Positions 52,515-62,335 of a stretch of 64,000 nt of DNA are shown here, in pieces. The notes beneath the pieces are model-generated. The model ran no database searches, had not been told where the DNA came from, and worked only from the letters and a program-made list of their open reading frames with translations. The position numbers and the translations under genes are program-made. Each line of letters starts with the position of its first letter. The first letter of the stretch is position 1. The DNA is from an uncultured Actinomycetota bacterium (lineage in GTDB: Bacteria > Actinomycetota > Acidimicrobiia > Spongiisociales > UBA4744), in contig CAWGNJ010000005.1 in assembly GCA_963823915.1 (NCBI GenBank), positions 119,105 to 183,104 on the forward strand. Reading direction: 5' to 3'.

Positions 52515-55299
52515 GTGTTGAGTTTGGCCAAGGCCGCCAAGGACTATTACCTGCGCAAGTTGGGGGAGATCTCACCCGGGGAGGACTACTACCTGCGGGG
52601 TGGTACCGCCACCGGGAAGTGGCGCGGCAACGGCGCCACCGAGCTGGGCCTTTGGAGGCCGGTGACCGCGGAGGGTTTGGTTCGCCTGTTCGACGGTCAA
52701 CACCCCGCCACCGGTGAACAGTTGGGTCGGAGCTTGCGTCAGCGATGGGGTGGCGGCGTGGGATGTGACCTTCTCAGCGGACAAGTCGGTGTCACTGCTC
52801 TGGGCCCTCGGCGATCCCGACACCCGTCGCGAGGTGTTGGAGGCGTTCGAGGAGGCTACCTCCCAGGCGTTGGGGTATTTGGAGTCGGTCGCGTCATCAA
52901 CCCGAGGCGCCTCCAAAACCCCGCTCCTCGACGAGAACGGCGACCCGATCCTCGACGACCAGGGGAATCCAAGGTTTCGGGTGGTGACCTGGCCGATCCC
53001 AACGTCGGGGTATGTGGCGGCGTCGTTCACCGAGTTCACTTCCCGCGCCGACGACCCCCAACTCCACACTCATGTGGTGGTCGCCAACAAAGTCAAAGGC
53101 ACCGATGGGGTATGGCGGACCGTGGACGGCCGGCTGTTGTATCGGTATCAGCTGGCCGCCGGGTACCTCCACGAAGCCGTCCTGCGGACAGGAGTTGACG
53201 GAGCGGTTGGGGGTGCGGTGGCAGCCGGTCCGCAACGGGATGGCCGACATCGAAGGGTTCACCCGTCCGCAGATCGAAGCGTTCTCCCGCCGCCGGCACC
53301 AGCTCGAAACCTGGCGCCAAGACCAAGGCCTCCCCGACACGCCGGCGGCCCGGCAGGTCGCAGTGCTGGCCACCCGGCAACCGAAGCAGGATCATCCCCT
53401 CGCCGAACTCGAAGCCGAATGGCAGGAGCGGGCCGTCGAGGTGGGTCTCACCCCCGACCGGCTCACCCGACTCATGGGTGCGAGTCGGGAAGTCACCCCG
53501 GTCGATCCACGGACCCTGTTTGAGCGGTTGGCGTCGGCGGAGGGGCTCACCGAACGGGCCTCCACCTTCGGACGGGCCGAGGTAGTCAAAGAGATGGCAG
53601 CGGCCTTGCCGGAGGGTGGCACCCGCACCCAAATCGAACGCCTCGCTGAGACGTTCCTCGACACACCCGACGTTGTACCCGTCCTTACCCGAACGCTACC
53701 GTCGACGATCTCACCCCAGTCGAGCTCGAAGCGATCGACGGGCCGGTCGCAGACGCGGTGTCTCGACCGATGCGACGTCGAGACGGCACCCTGTTCCCCG
53801 GCACCGTGTACCGGAAGTACACCACCACCGAGCTGTTGGTTACCGAGCAGCGGATCATCGAACAAGCCAGGGCTGGTATCGGTGCCGGTCGATGGGCCGC
53901 ACCCCACCGTCTGGTCGAAGCCAGGTTGCGACGCTACCGGCAGCTGACTGAAGGGCAGCGGGAGATGGTCCGCCGGTTCGCCACCTCCACCAACACCATC
54001 GACATCGGGATCGGTCCAGCCGGGACTGGCAAGACTGCGGTGATGGAAGTGATCGGCCAGCTCGCCGCCATCACCGGCACCCCGATCTTGGGTGGGGCGC
54101 TGGCCGGCCGCACCGCCGCCGGCCTTGAGACAGCGACCGGGATCCCCTCGACCACCCTGACCCGACTGATCGGCGAATCGAAAGATCGGGGTCTGCCCCA
54201 CGGTGCGATCGTGGTGGTCGATGAGGCTGGGATGGTCGGTACCCGCCAACTCGCCGCCATCACCGACCTCGTCGAAGCGGGCTGAAGGGAAGCTGATCCT
54301 GATCGGTGACGACCGGCAGCTACCCGAAATCGACGCCGGGGGCCTCTTCCGGGCGCTCGCCAACCGGCTCCCCACCGTTGAGCTGACCGACAACATCCGC
54401 CAGCAACACCAATGGGAACGCACCGCTCTCACCCAACTCCGCCACGGATCCGTCGACCAAGCGATCCAGGCGTACCGACAGCGGGGCAGGGTGAACGTCG
54501 GACAGAACCGAGACGACACGACGGCCAGGGCCGTGGCGGACTGGTATCGCCATGTCACCGCCACCGGTGACCTCACCTCAGGGTTGCTCATCGCCCACAA
54601 CAACGACACCGTCACCGAACTCAACCAACAAGCCCGCACCCACCTCGAAGCATCCAGACGGCTCCACGGACCCACCCTCGAAGCAGGGGAAAGGGTCTTC
54701 CAGGCGGGTGACCGGATCCTGTGCCGCCAAAACCAGAACCGGCTCGGGGTACTCAACGGCGACCTCGCCACCATCACCAACGTCGATCAAGAACGAGAAG
54801 AGCCTCACCGTTCAGCTTGACCGTGACCCCGAAACCCGAGACCTGCCCGTCTGGTATCTCGACCAGGGGCACGTCGACTACGGCTACGCCCTCACCGGGC
54901 ACAAAGCCCAAGGGGTCACCACCGACCACACCTTCGTGATCGTCGACGGGACCACCGACCGGGAATGGGCCTACGTGGCGATGAGCCGCGGCCGACAAGC
55001 CAACACCCTCTACCTCACTACCCCCAAGACCCGCTGACGAGCAGTGCACCCACCTCACCCACCAGGGTCGCCACGATGCCCTCGAGCGTCTCACCGCTAC
55101 GCTCAACCGCGGTTCGGCCCAGATCGCCGCTATCGACCATCCCGGGCCGGCGCCCAGCGACGACATTGATCCGTTGGGTCCGCCGCCACCCAGCAGTGAT
55201 GTCGCTGCTCGGGTCGCCTGGCAGATCGCCAAACGCCAAGCCCAACGAGACGAGACCGAACGGCAAACACCCGGCCTCGACCTCGCCGTCGGCCGCTAA
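52515..55299 (+). CDS. mobF: MobF (TrwC-like) relaxase fused to a RecD-like helicase, frameshifted
   Basis: DYY twice, WDVTFSADKSVSLLWAL, TSRADDPQLHTHVVVAN, AFSRRR, GPAGTGKT, VVDEAG, GDDRQL, GYALTGHKAQG, YVAMSR. Confidence 0.92.
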
Positions 55300-55380
55300 C
55301 CGCAACCACAGACCGTGACAACCCAATATCTGGGATCAGCGACATAGTGAATCTCGTATGTCAAGGTGCCGGTGGGTTTG

Positions 55381-55530
55381 GTGGACAGGACTGGGATGGG
55401 CCACACGGGTGTGGGCAGGCTCTTATTAGGTCACACCGCCCGTTGAAGGGGTGGTGGGTGGGGTCGACAGGTCATTATGAGGACAGCATCAGGTGATGCG
55501 TCAGCCGGATTATTCGGGTCAGACCCCACC
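55381..55530 (-). ncRNA. Candidate IS110 bridge RNA, downstream non-coding region
   Basis: Two consecutive stem/internal-loop/hairpin units: GGGGTC...GCATCA-CC-TGATGC...GACCCC and GGGCGG...CCACAC-CC-GTGTGG...CTGTCC. Confidence 0.6.
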
Positions 55531-55537
55531 CAGGCTT

Positions 55538-56572
55538 TCAGACTGTCTGGGGTAGGTGTTTGAAGGTCTGGCGGGCGACGTAGCGTTTCAGGCACCGCAT
55601 GATTTCGCCGCTGTTGAGCCCTTCGGTTCGTCGGCGTGCCACATACGTGCGGGTCTCTTGATGGTTGCTCATACGGGTCAACACGATGCGGTAGAGGGCG
55701 GCGTTGGCTTGACGGTCTCCTCCCCGGTTGAGTCGATACCTAGTGTTCACTTTTCCCGAGTTGGCGGGGAGTGGGGCGACCCCGCAGAGGCGAGCCCATG
55801 ACCCTTCCGAATGGAGACGGTCTGGGTTGTCGCCGGCGGTCACCAGAAGCGAGGCGGCACTGTCGACTCCGACTCCGTGGAGTTCGAGCAGTGAAGGAGC
55901 CGTCTGACTGATCAAGCCAGCGAGCATCCGGTCGATCTCTGTCATCTCATCGTTGAGCCTCTTTACCCGTCTCGCCAGGTTCCGGATCACCAGATTGGTG
56001 GTGTATTGGAGCGGGTCGGAACCCTCACGAAGCCGCATCGCGGCTGCCTCTTTGACCAGCCCGGTCTTGGGTCTGTCCTTGAAACGGACCCTGATCTCTT
56101 CGGGAGCACAGAAAACAAGATGCCGGATCTGATTCAACGATTGGATACGTTGTTGACGGGCCGAACGCCGAGCCACCAACAGAACCCGTATTTGTTCCAC
56201 CGCACCATTCCGGGCCTTCGGGGTCACCGAAGCCTCCCCGGACAGAGCAGCTCTGGCCGCTGAGACAGCATCAGTCGGATCCGACTTACCCTGTTTGCGT
56301 CGGGTCTGACGGTCGGGTCGATCTACCTCGATCACCTCGAGGTCCTGGTCCGCCAGGAACCTGGCCAGTCCAACACCCCACGATCCAGTCCCCTCAACCC
56401 CGATCCGGACGATCGGCCCGAACTCGATCAACCAGCTGAGCAGGGTCTCATACCCGGCGAGATCAGCAGGAAACGATTCCACACCCAACAGTCCACCGTT
56501 ATGGTCGACAGCCGCCGCCACATGAACATCAGCATGGGTGTCGACACCACCAGTGATACCTACGATTGACAT
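55538..56572 (-). CDS. IS110-family transposase/recombinase
   Basis: GGVDTH, GVEGTGSWG, GKSDPTDA, LCGVAPLPANSGK, RLNRGGDRQANAALY, RCLKRYVAR. Confidence 0.95.
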   Translation of the reverse strand: MSIVGITGGVDTHADVHVAAAVDHNGGLLGVESFPADLAGYETLLSWLIEFGPIVRIGVEGTGSWGVGLARFLADQDLEVIEVDRPDRQTRRKQGKSDPTDAVSAARAALSGEASVTPKARNGAVEQIRVLLVARRSARQQRIQSLNQIRHLVFCAPEEIRVRFKDRPKTGLVKEAAAMRLREGSDPLQYTTNLVIRNLARRVKRLNDEMTEIDRMLAGLISQTAPSLLELHGVGVDSAASLLVTAGDNPDRLHSEGSWARLCGVAPLPANSGKVNTRYRLNRGGDRQANAALYRIVLTRMSNHQETRTYVARRRTEGLNSGEIMRCLKRYVARQTFKHLPQTV

Positions 56573-56605
56573 GGCCGCCCCTTTCTTGTGCTTACAGGCC
56601 AAGGG

Positions 56606-56697
56606 GTGGCAAGCACCACCGGGACGGCGGACCGGACCCGACCGAGCTGGGCCTAATCAGCTCAACAGGAGAGCCACCGCCCGACCGGTGCGTGCCA
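56606..56697 (-). ncRNA. Candidate structured RNA in the IS110 upstream non-coding region
   Basis: GGCACGCACC...GGGCGG [loop] GAGCTG-ATTAGGCC-CAGCTC [loop] CCGCC...GGTGCTTGCC. Confidence 0.45.
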
Positions 56698-56966
56698 CAC
56701 CGCCCAATCATCGCTCCCAGCCGGATCTGCTCGGAACGCAGTGCGCGATATCGCTCGAGGGGAAGAGTGATATGTGCGGCTGAAGCCGGTGGGCCGAGTG
56801 CCTGTGCTTGCTCTGGATTTGGCTATTGTCGAGGGGCAATGTCTGCTATTTGCAGTGTTGTTCTGCTGCTGCGAGCTATTCGCACGGGCGGGTCGCGACA
56901 TCTCTTTAGTATTCCGTTGCAACTCTCTTCGGCCATGAGGTTGCACTATTCAATTGGCAGGTTCTG

Positions 56967-57573
56967 TCACCCATCCTGCGAGCGATGGGCGAGAAGCGCA
57001 TGCTCCACTTGTTCAAGACATGCCCTATCGATGTCGGTCAGTACACTCTCAGTTGGGTCTTCCAGAGTGTCATGTTGGAACACGATCTCCAGGTGCCCGT
57101 CCTCGTCGACTCCGGCCTTTTCCACAACCAAGCCGGTGATCTTCTCAGCTTGTAGCAGGCAGTCTTCTGCTTGTATTTGAAACTCACTCGGTAGTGGCTC
57201 CAACTCCGGCCGTATGTCGGTGGCACGCGCCATTAGCTCGTCCGCGCAGATCCAGAACCTATCTGCCCGGTCGTCATCATCCACCGCAGATCCGTCGTCA
57301 GAGACGAAGGCCTGTACCCAATCTGACTCCGCCGTATCTACCGTAATAAAGTCTCCTGTGTTGGTGAATAGAACACTCAGCGGGGCTTCAGCGACATATC
57401 CTCCGCCTGCCATACATTCCTCGAACACGGCTGTGCCATCAACCATTTCGGTTCGAAGACCTTGGATGACCTTCTCCTCTGCTGAGGCGTCGGGACGCGG
57501 CGGAGGCTGTCAACGCCACGACGGTGCCGACAAGTCCGAGGACCAGGACGACTGTTGTGATTCGTTTCGTCAT
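56967..57573 (-). CDS. Secreted acidic hypothetical protein; frameshift near 57490
   Basis: GAGGAG RBS; MTKRITTVVLVLGLVGTVVALTASAA signal peptide joins ORF 56967..57446, which has four Cys. Confidence 0.65.
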
Positions 57574-57626
57574 CTTCTCTCCTCTGTCATCGTACGCTCT
57601 CAAGAACTGCAGATTGCCGCTCGGTC

Positions 57627-57955
57627 TTATGGTGGGCTACATCCTGAAGTCATGTAATGCGTGAAGCGCGGCCAGACGAGGTCATGCCATGAGTGGATCG
57701 GCTGCACGTTTGATGAGACGTAATCGCTACCGACGTAGGAGGTCTTCAGGAGCTTGTTGAGGCTAGTTGTGAAGCCGGAATAGAGCGTCGATGTTGCCCC
57801 GCTGTAATAGTCATTGATCTGGAGTGCCTGGGTGTGGCTCTTGTCGTCATAATCTCGCTGCTGGGTGTAGGCACTCGCTCTCCAACTGGAATTTGAACAG
57901 GATGCCCCTATGCCGTTTGCAACGGTCCTACCATCCTGTTCCTTTCGTCCCTCAC
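57627..57955 (-). CDS. Hypothetical S/T/Y/H-rich protein; start uncertain or frameshifted
   Basis: Coding-like ASCSNSSWRASAY...HSWHDLVWPRFTHYMTSGCSPP; AGGAGGTG near 57960. Confidence 0.45.
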
Positions 57956-58189
57956 CTCCTCGTTCTTGGGCTCGTCGCCAGTGCGACGTCGCCCTCTCGA
58001 CCCACCGTCTGGGGCCGAAGCCCGCTGCGATCCTCAGCGCTCCTTTCTTCACTGCACATTGGTCTCGTCGGTTTGGGGACGGCAACCCACTCACGAGGTT
58101 CCAAGGGCAAGGGCAGAGCTTGGTAGGTGGCGTGATGCCACCGATTCCCTTCGGCGCCTTGTTCCGTGTCGAGAAGCGCATGCCTACTG

Positions 58190-58215
58190 TGTGTCCGGTC
58201 CTTCCCGCGTGTCGC
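58190..58215 (-). promoter_or_regulatory. ECF-type promoter motif, copy A
   Basis: GCGAC-ACGCGGGAAGGACC-GGACACA. Confidence 0.65.
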
Positions 58216-58533
58216 GCCCGCTCGCCCTTTCTGAACCGGGCCGGGTCTTGGAGGCTCGAATCTCCACACGGGATGCGAGGGGGCATTCCGTCCGAGGTGC
58301 ATGACTGTCCATCCCCGGTGTTACTGCTCGTCCACCCGCTTATCGGTCGACGGAGGGATGCGGCTTCGAATTTGATGGCGAAGGTGTTGGGGGCCGCTTT
58401 GTGCCAGGGGCGGCAACGGCGCGGCCGTGCAGCCCAGCTTCCAAATGCCGGAACACAGACCGAATGCCGAAACTAAATCGATGGGCCGGGCCGGCCCTTG
58501 TCGAGATGGGTACGACGCCGTTGCCTGATTTCT

Positions 58534-59279
58534 CTAGCCGGGGTCGGGGATGGGGATGAGGTGGATGGTTCGTTGTTGGGCGTCCAGTCCGAAGCTTGCG
58601 CAGGGACGGTCTGGGCTGCCGGGAATAGGCTCAATTGTCCATTGGGTGAGCCCTGCGTCGGCGACGGCCTGTTCGATGTAGCGTGCTGCTTCGTCGAGTG
58701 GCACGCATGCATTGCTGGTGAAGTGGGCGGCGAGTTGGTCATTGAGTTGTCTGATTGTTTCGCCTTCGGGGATGGATTGGTCGTCAGGCAGGCTTAGTCC
58801 GAGCTGTGCGCAGAGAGTGGGGTCGTTGCTGGGGAAGACGGCGAGGCTGTCAGTGTCGGTGACACAGCCGAGGAGGGGAGGTATTGAGCCGGCAGGTGTT
58901 ATGTCCGGGTTGGTGAGAGTTCCCTCTTCCCACATTTGGGTGCACACCGAAGGGTCGAGTCGTCCGCCCGATGCCACTCCTACACGGTCGCTGTCGAGGG
59001 TGGGAGCCTGGTAGCACCCGATTGCGATTGGGTCGGAGATGGCTCGGATGGCGATCCAGGCGGCGGCGATGGTGGCCAGCGCCACGAACGCGAGAGCCAA
59101 CGCCACCCGCAATCGCCGCCTGGAGGGTCTCAGACGGAGGGCGCGGGGCGTGTGCCGGGGCTCCGATAGGATCCCCGCCAGCAGTTGTTGGGCTTCGGGA
59201 GTCTGATGGTCGGGCAGGCGGTCCTCATCGACAGGGTCGCGCCGCGGAGGAGTTCGAAGGCGTCATCGGGGTTGCCCAT
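58534..59279 (-). CDS. Putative anti-sigma factor (single TM, Cys-rich extracytoplasmic domain); frameshift near 59245
   Basis: GGAGGAGG RBS; MGNPDDAFELLR...DPV...EAQQLLAGIL, RRRLR + TM, six Cys; directly downstream of the ECF sigma gene. Confidence 0.7.
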
Positions 59280-59336
59280 ATGCCTCCTCCTCATCTAGTC
59301 GCGGGGAATACGTCAGACGGTCGCCTCCCACTATGT

Positions 59337-59362
59337 TGTGTCCAACTGAGTGGATTCGTTGC
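59337..59362 (-). promoter_or_regulatory. ECF-type promoter motif, copy B
   Basis: GCAAC-GAATCCACTCAGTT-GGACACA. Confidence 0.65.
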
Positions 59363-59375
59363 GGTGGGAAGAGCA

Positions 59376-59948
59376 TCAGTCGTTCTCCCCGCCACTTCCA
59401 GGTGCCTTCGCGGCACCCTCGTATGCGGCCTGTAAGCGTTGTCTGGCGCGGAATAGCCGACTCCTCACCAGCGCAGATCGGATACCGAGAACGCTAGCGA
59501 TCTCAGGGTTGGTCAGTTCTTCGAAAGCGACCAGGCGCAGGATCTCCTGATCCCGCTGGGTCAGAGTGGCCAGGGCGTTGAGGACCTGATCGAGTGTCTC
59601 GCTTGTTTCGGCGACCGACGGCGCCAGGTCCGGTTGGGAGGCGGGCAGCTCCGGCCTAACTCGCTCACTGAGACGTGCTGCCCGGGCGGCTGTGCGTCGC
59701 TGGTTGGAGAGCGTCCGATACGCCACGCCGTAGAGCCACGCCAGCGGGATGTCGGCGGCGATCACCTCCTCGAGTCGTCTCCACGCCACCAGAAAGGTGC
59801 TCGCCACCAGATCATCCGCGTCCATAAGGTTGGGTGTGCGTCGTCTGGCGTAGGCGAGCACCTTCCGGTAGGTAGTGGCATAGAGCAGCTCGAACTCTCG
59901 GCGACCCTCCTCCGGTCCCAGCCGGAAACCACTGTTGCCACCGGTCAC
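59376..59948 (-). CDS. ECF sigma-70 factor
   Basis: Region 2 DADDLVASTFLVAWRR...AWLYGVA; region 4 LTQRDQEIL...EIASVLGI...VRSRLFRAR. Confidence 0.92.
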   Translation of the reverse strand: MTGGNSGFRLGPEEGRREFELLYATTYRKVLAYARRRTPNLMDADDLVASTFLVAWRRLEEVIAADIPLAWLYGVAYRTLSNQRRTAARAARLSERVRPELPASQPDLAPSVAETSETLDQVLNALATLTQRDQEILRLVAFEELTNPEIASVLGIRSALVRSRLFRARQRLQAAYEGAAKAPGSGGEND

Positions 59949-60011
59949 CTCGGCCTCGCCTGGCCAAGCAGATGACGGTTGGGGTGCTGCGGTCGCAGCC
60001 GATCGCGGATT

Positions 60012-60596
60012 CTATTGGAGATATACGGAGGAGACCCGGTTGTTCCACCCCGAGGCCATAAACGGTGCAACATCCCACGCCTGGGTTCCCGAACTCGGGT
60101 ACCAGCTTCCCCCTCCCCAATCACCATCAGCGAAGTAAGCCGAGCAGGCGCTGATCTTGAACGACGAGGTGCGATTGGAAAACCCGTACCCGCTGAGGTT
60201 GAGCCACTGCGAACGATCCCGCAAATACAACACCGACCCGCTGTAGTTGGTGCCGTCATACATCCGAATATACCCAGAACACAACGAAGACCGGCCCGAT
60301 GCCAACCCGCCACCCGGGGCAATGTTCTGTTCGATTCCGGCGACCCGGGCATCCAACGCCTCCTCGGTACGGAAGCATTCCACCACGCCCACATCGTTCC
60401 AAACCAGACAAGCGGTGGCATCCCCCCAATCTTCCGCCAAGTTGATCTCTGTGCCTTCAAAAACCGCCGTCTCACCCTTGATCTTCTCTATCGCCGACGC
60501 TGGTGGCGCGACGGCACCCACGAGGGCAAGAAGCACTGCCATCATCACAAACCGTTGTGCCCAGGAACGCTGGGCCTCAACTCGACTGAATACCAC
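60012..60596 (-). CDS. Secreted peptidase-inhibitor-I36 / beta-gamma-crystallin-like protein
   Basis: Signal peptide APPASA; CSGYIRMYDGTNYSG, FSNRTSSF, WNNRVSSV; AGGAGG RBS. Confidence 0.78.
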   Translation of the reverse strand: MVFSRVEAQRSWAQRFVMMAVLLALVGAVAPPASAIEKIKGETAVFEGTEINLAEDWGDATACLVWNDVGVVECFRTEEALDARVAGIEQNIAPGGGLASGRSSLCSGYIRMYDGTNYSGSVLYLRDRSQWLNLSGYGFSNRTSSFKISACSAYFADGDWGGGSWYPSSGTQAWDVAPFMASGWNNRVSSVYLQ

Positions 60597-60659
60597 GATT
60601 CCCTCCTAACGGTTCCGGCCGTGACCGCTCAGTCGCGGCCCGTAGGTATCGAATCGGTA

Positions 60660-60685
60660 TGTGTCCGAATCCGGACATCCGTCGC
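60660..60685 (-). promoter_or_regulatory. ECF-type promoter motif, copy C
   Basis: GCGAC-GGATGTCCGGATTC-GGACACA. Confidence 0.65.
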
Positions 60686-60704
60686 GCTTTGGGTATCACC
60701 CCCC

Positions 60705-60730
60705 GCGACAGACCAGGCGCAACGGACACA
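60705..60730 (+). promoter_or_regulatory. ECF-type promoter motif, copy D (divergent from C)
   Basis: GCGAC-AGACCAGGCGCAAC-GGACACA. Confidence 0.65.
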
Positions 60731-60781
60731 ACCTCTCGCGACGAGGTTCAGAAAAGGGCTCACGGGACGGGAGGTGTTCCC

Positions 60782-61429
60782 ATGCTCGATGACAATCGAG
60801 TGATTGCCCGGCGGGCAATTGCAGTTGACATCGACATCGCCCCGGTCCCCAGAAGCCGACTGGCCGCCGCCCTGCACCGCAGCGGGCGCCGAGGGCAACT
60901 CGTCGATGACCTCCACGGCTGGATCACCTCCCACCACGACGCGGTCGTGTTCTTCGCTGCCGGCTCATCGAGCCCTCCCGACGAGCCACTGTTTCGAAAC
61001 GCACGCCGGTACCAGGTGGACCTCGTTGCAGTGATCAACGGCGATGCGGAACCTGCCGACTACCGCCACTGGCTTCGAGCTGGCAGCATATCCGTGGTAA
61101 ATACTGCGGCATCGATACAGGAGGTGAGCCTCCAGGTGGAAGGAGCCCTCTTGGGCGCTGTGGTCATCCCCACCAAGAGCGCCGCCGCGATGACCAGACG
61201 GCTCGCCGAACCACCCACAGGAATCGTAATCGACCAGCGACAAATCGAGATCCTCGAAGCGTTTGCCTCTGGAGCGAAGTTGCCGGCGATCGCCAAACGG
61301 CTCGATCGATCCGAACGCCACACCAGACGATTGATCCGCCTGCTCGTTGATGAATTGGGAGCAGCCAACACGCACGCCGCCGTCGCAACGGCTACGAGTT
61401 GGGGATGGATCGCGTCTTGCCACCACTGA
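60782..61429 (+). CDS. LuxR-type HTH regulator with degenerate receiver-like N-domain
   Basis: GGAGG RBS; QIEILEAFASG...IAKRLDRSERHTRR...LGAANTHAAVATATSWGWI. Confidence 0.8.
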   Translation: MLDDNRVIARRAIAVDIDIAPVPRSRLAAALHRSGRRGQLVDDLHGWITSHHDAVVFFAAGSSSPPDEPLFRNARRYQVDLVAVINGDAEPADYRHWLRAGSISVVNTAASIQEVSLQVEGALLGAVVIPTKSAAAMTRRLAEPPTGIVIDQRQIEILEAFASGAKLPAIAKRLDRSERHTRRLIRLLVDELGAANTHAAVATATSWGWIASCHH

Positions 61430-61473
61430 AGCTGGCAAAAAGCCTGATTGGCCTGGCCACGCGATCCCCTGTG

Positions 61474-61514
61474 AGTGCTAGGCCCAAGCCCCTTCCCGGC
61501 TTGGGCCTAGCACT
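61474..61514. terminator. 17-bp perfect inverted repeat, likely a bidirectional terminator
   Basis: AGTGCTAGGCCCAAGCC-CCTTCCC-GGCTTGGGCCTAGCACT between convergent units. Confidence 0.78.
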
Positions 61515-61777
61515 TCCTAGCCGTGTTGTCCTGAATCGATTTGCTGCTCGCTTCTGCTCGGCCCTGTCAGGAGATTGATGCGGTGCGAGTAATCATTGTC
61601 TGGAGCAAGAACGTCGTCTCGAAAGAGAGGTTCTTGTTTTCGTCTCACCGTGCCCCAACGTTGCCAGCTGCCCTCTTTTCGAACCGTGCGTGCAATCCCG
61701 CACACGGCTCTCCGACTCAGCTGACTTCGGTTAGCGGCGGCGGTTACGTCACCTCCGGGCAAGAGCCAGACGACAGT

Positions 61778-62209
61778 TCAATTGGTTTGAGATGTGTGGT
61801 CATGAGTGTAGGCGCCCCAAGACGCACACGGCTGCATGTAGCCCCCAGAGCTTGCGAGTTTGTGGGACCCGTCAACGGCGCAAGCTACGGACTCGAGCTT
61901 GTAGGCCGTCTGCAGGAAGTACCTTGTGGAAGTCTTCCGATATCCACAAGAGCCTGAGCAAGTTAGGGTTTCCTCGTCAATTAGCCCTCCCCCCGTGGTT
62001 AAGCGCCTCCATCTTGCATACGAGGACTGGACCGTGGTCGTCGCTCCGATATCAGCGTACGACCAGTATTGGCTTGAGCCATAATCATTCCAATGGAGAT
62101 CATGATGATTCCAGCTACCGTGGCTTGCGGCCGCAGGGACGCCGACAGCGATCACCAGAGTGACCGCTATGGCTGCTGCGAGCCGATAGTTCGTGTGAGA
62201 CCGCTTCAT
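61778..62209 (-). CDS. Secreted His/Cys-rich small protein, paralogue 2
   Basis: Signal peptide ending PAAAS, then HGSWNHHDLHW...CSGSC...CAVDGSH...C...HDH. Confidence 0.8.
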   Translation of the reverse strand: MKRSHTNYRLAAAIAVTLVIAVGVPAAASHGSWNHHDLHWNDYGSSQYWSYADIGATTTVQSSYARWRRLTTGGGLIDEETLTCSGSCGYRKTSTRYFLQTAYKLESVACAVDGSHKLASSGGYMQPCASWGAYTHDHTSQTN

Positions 62210-62335
62210 ATCGACAACCCCTGTGGTTAGTTGCAGGCATTCCTCTCGGTACGAGTGAACGGCAAAGAATGGGCGGAAGCGCTTTGCCGTTCACTCAGTT
62301 CTGTTGGCCGATGCACTGTCTTACAGCTGATCTGG

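Larger units (their letters stand above)
55346..56720 (-). mobile_element. IS110-family insertion sequence; ends approximate
   Basis: DEDD transposase, no terminal IRs seen, structured non-coding regions on both sides, outward TTGACA at 55364-55359. Confidence 0.8.

Noticed and set aside
1-55299. Frameshifts in glnA, glnA2, argS, glcDE, ABC genes, mobF and others read as pseudogenes or programmed frameshifts
   Set aside because: They are frequent, hit essential genes such as argS, and leave the motifs intact on both sides, which fits uncorrected long-read indels.
58135-58170. CGCCGAAGG as part of a glycine riboswitch
   Set aside because: The other conserved elements (GGAGA, CTCAGG) are not seen in the right arrangement.
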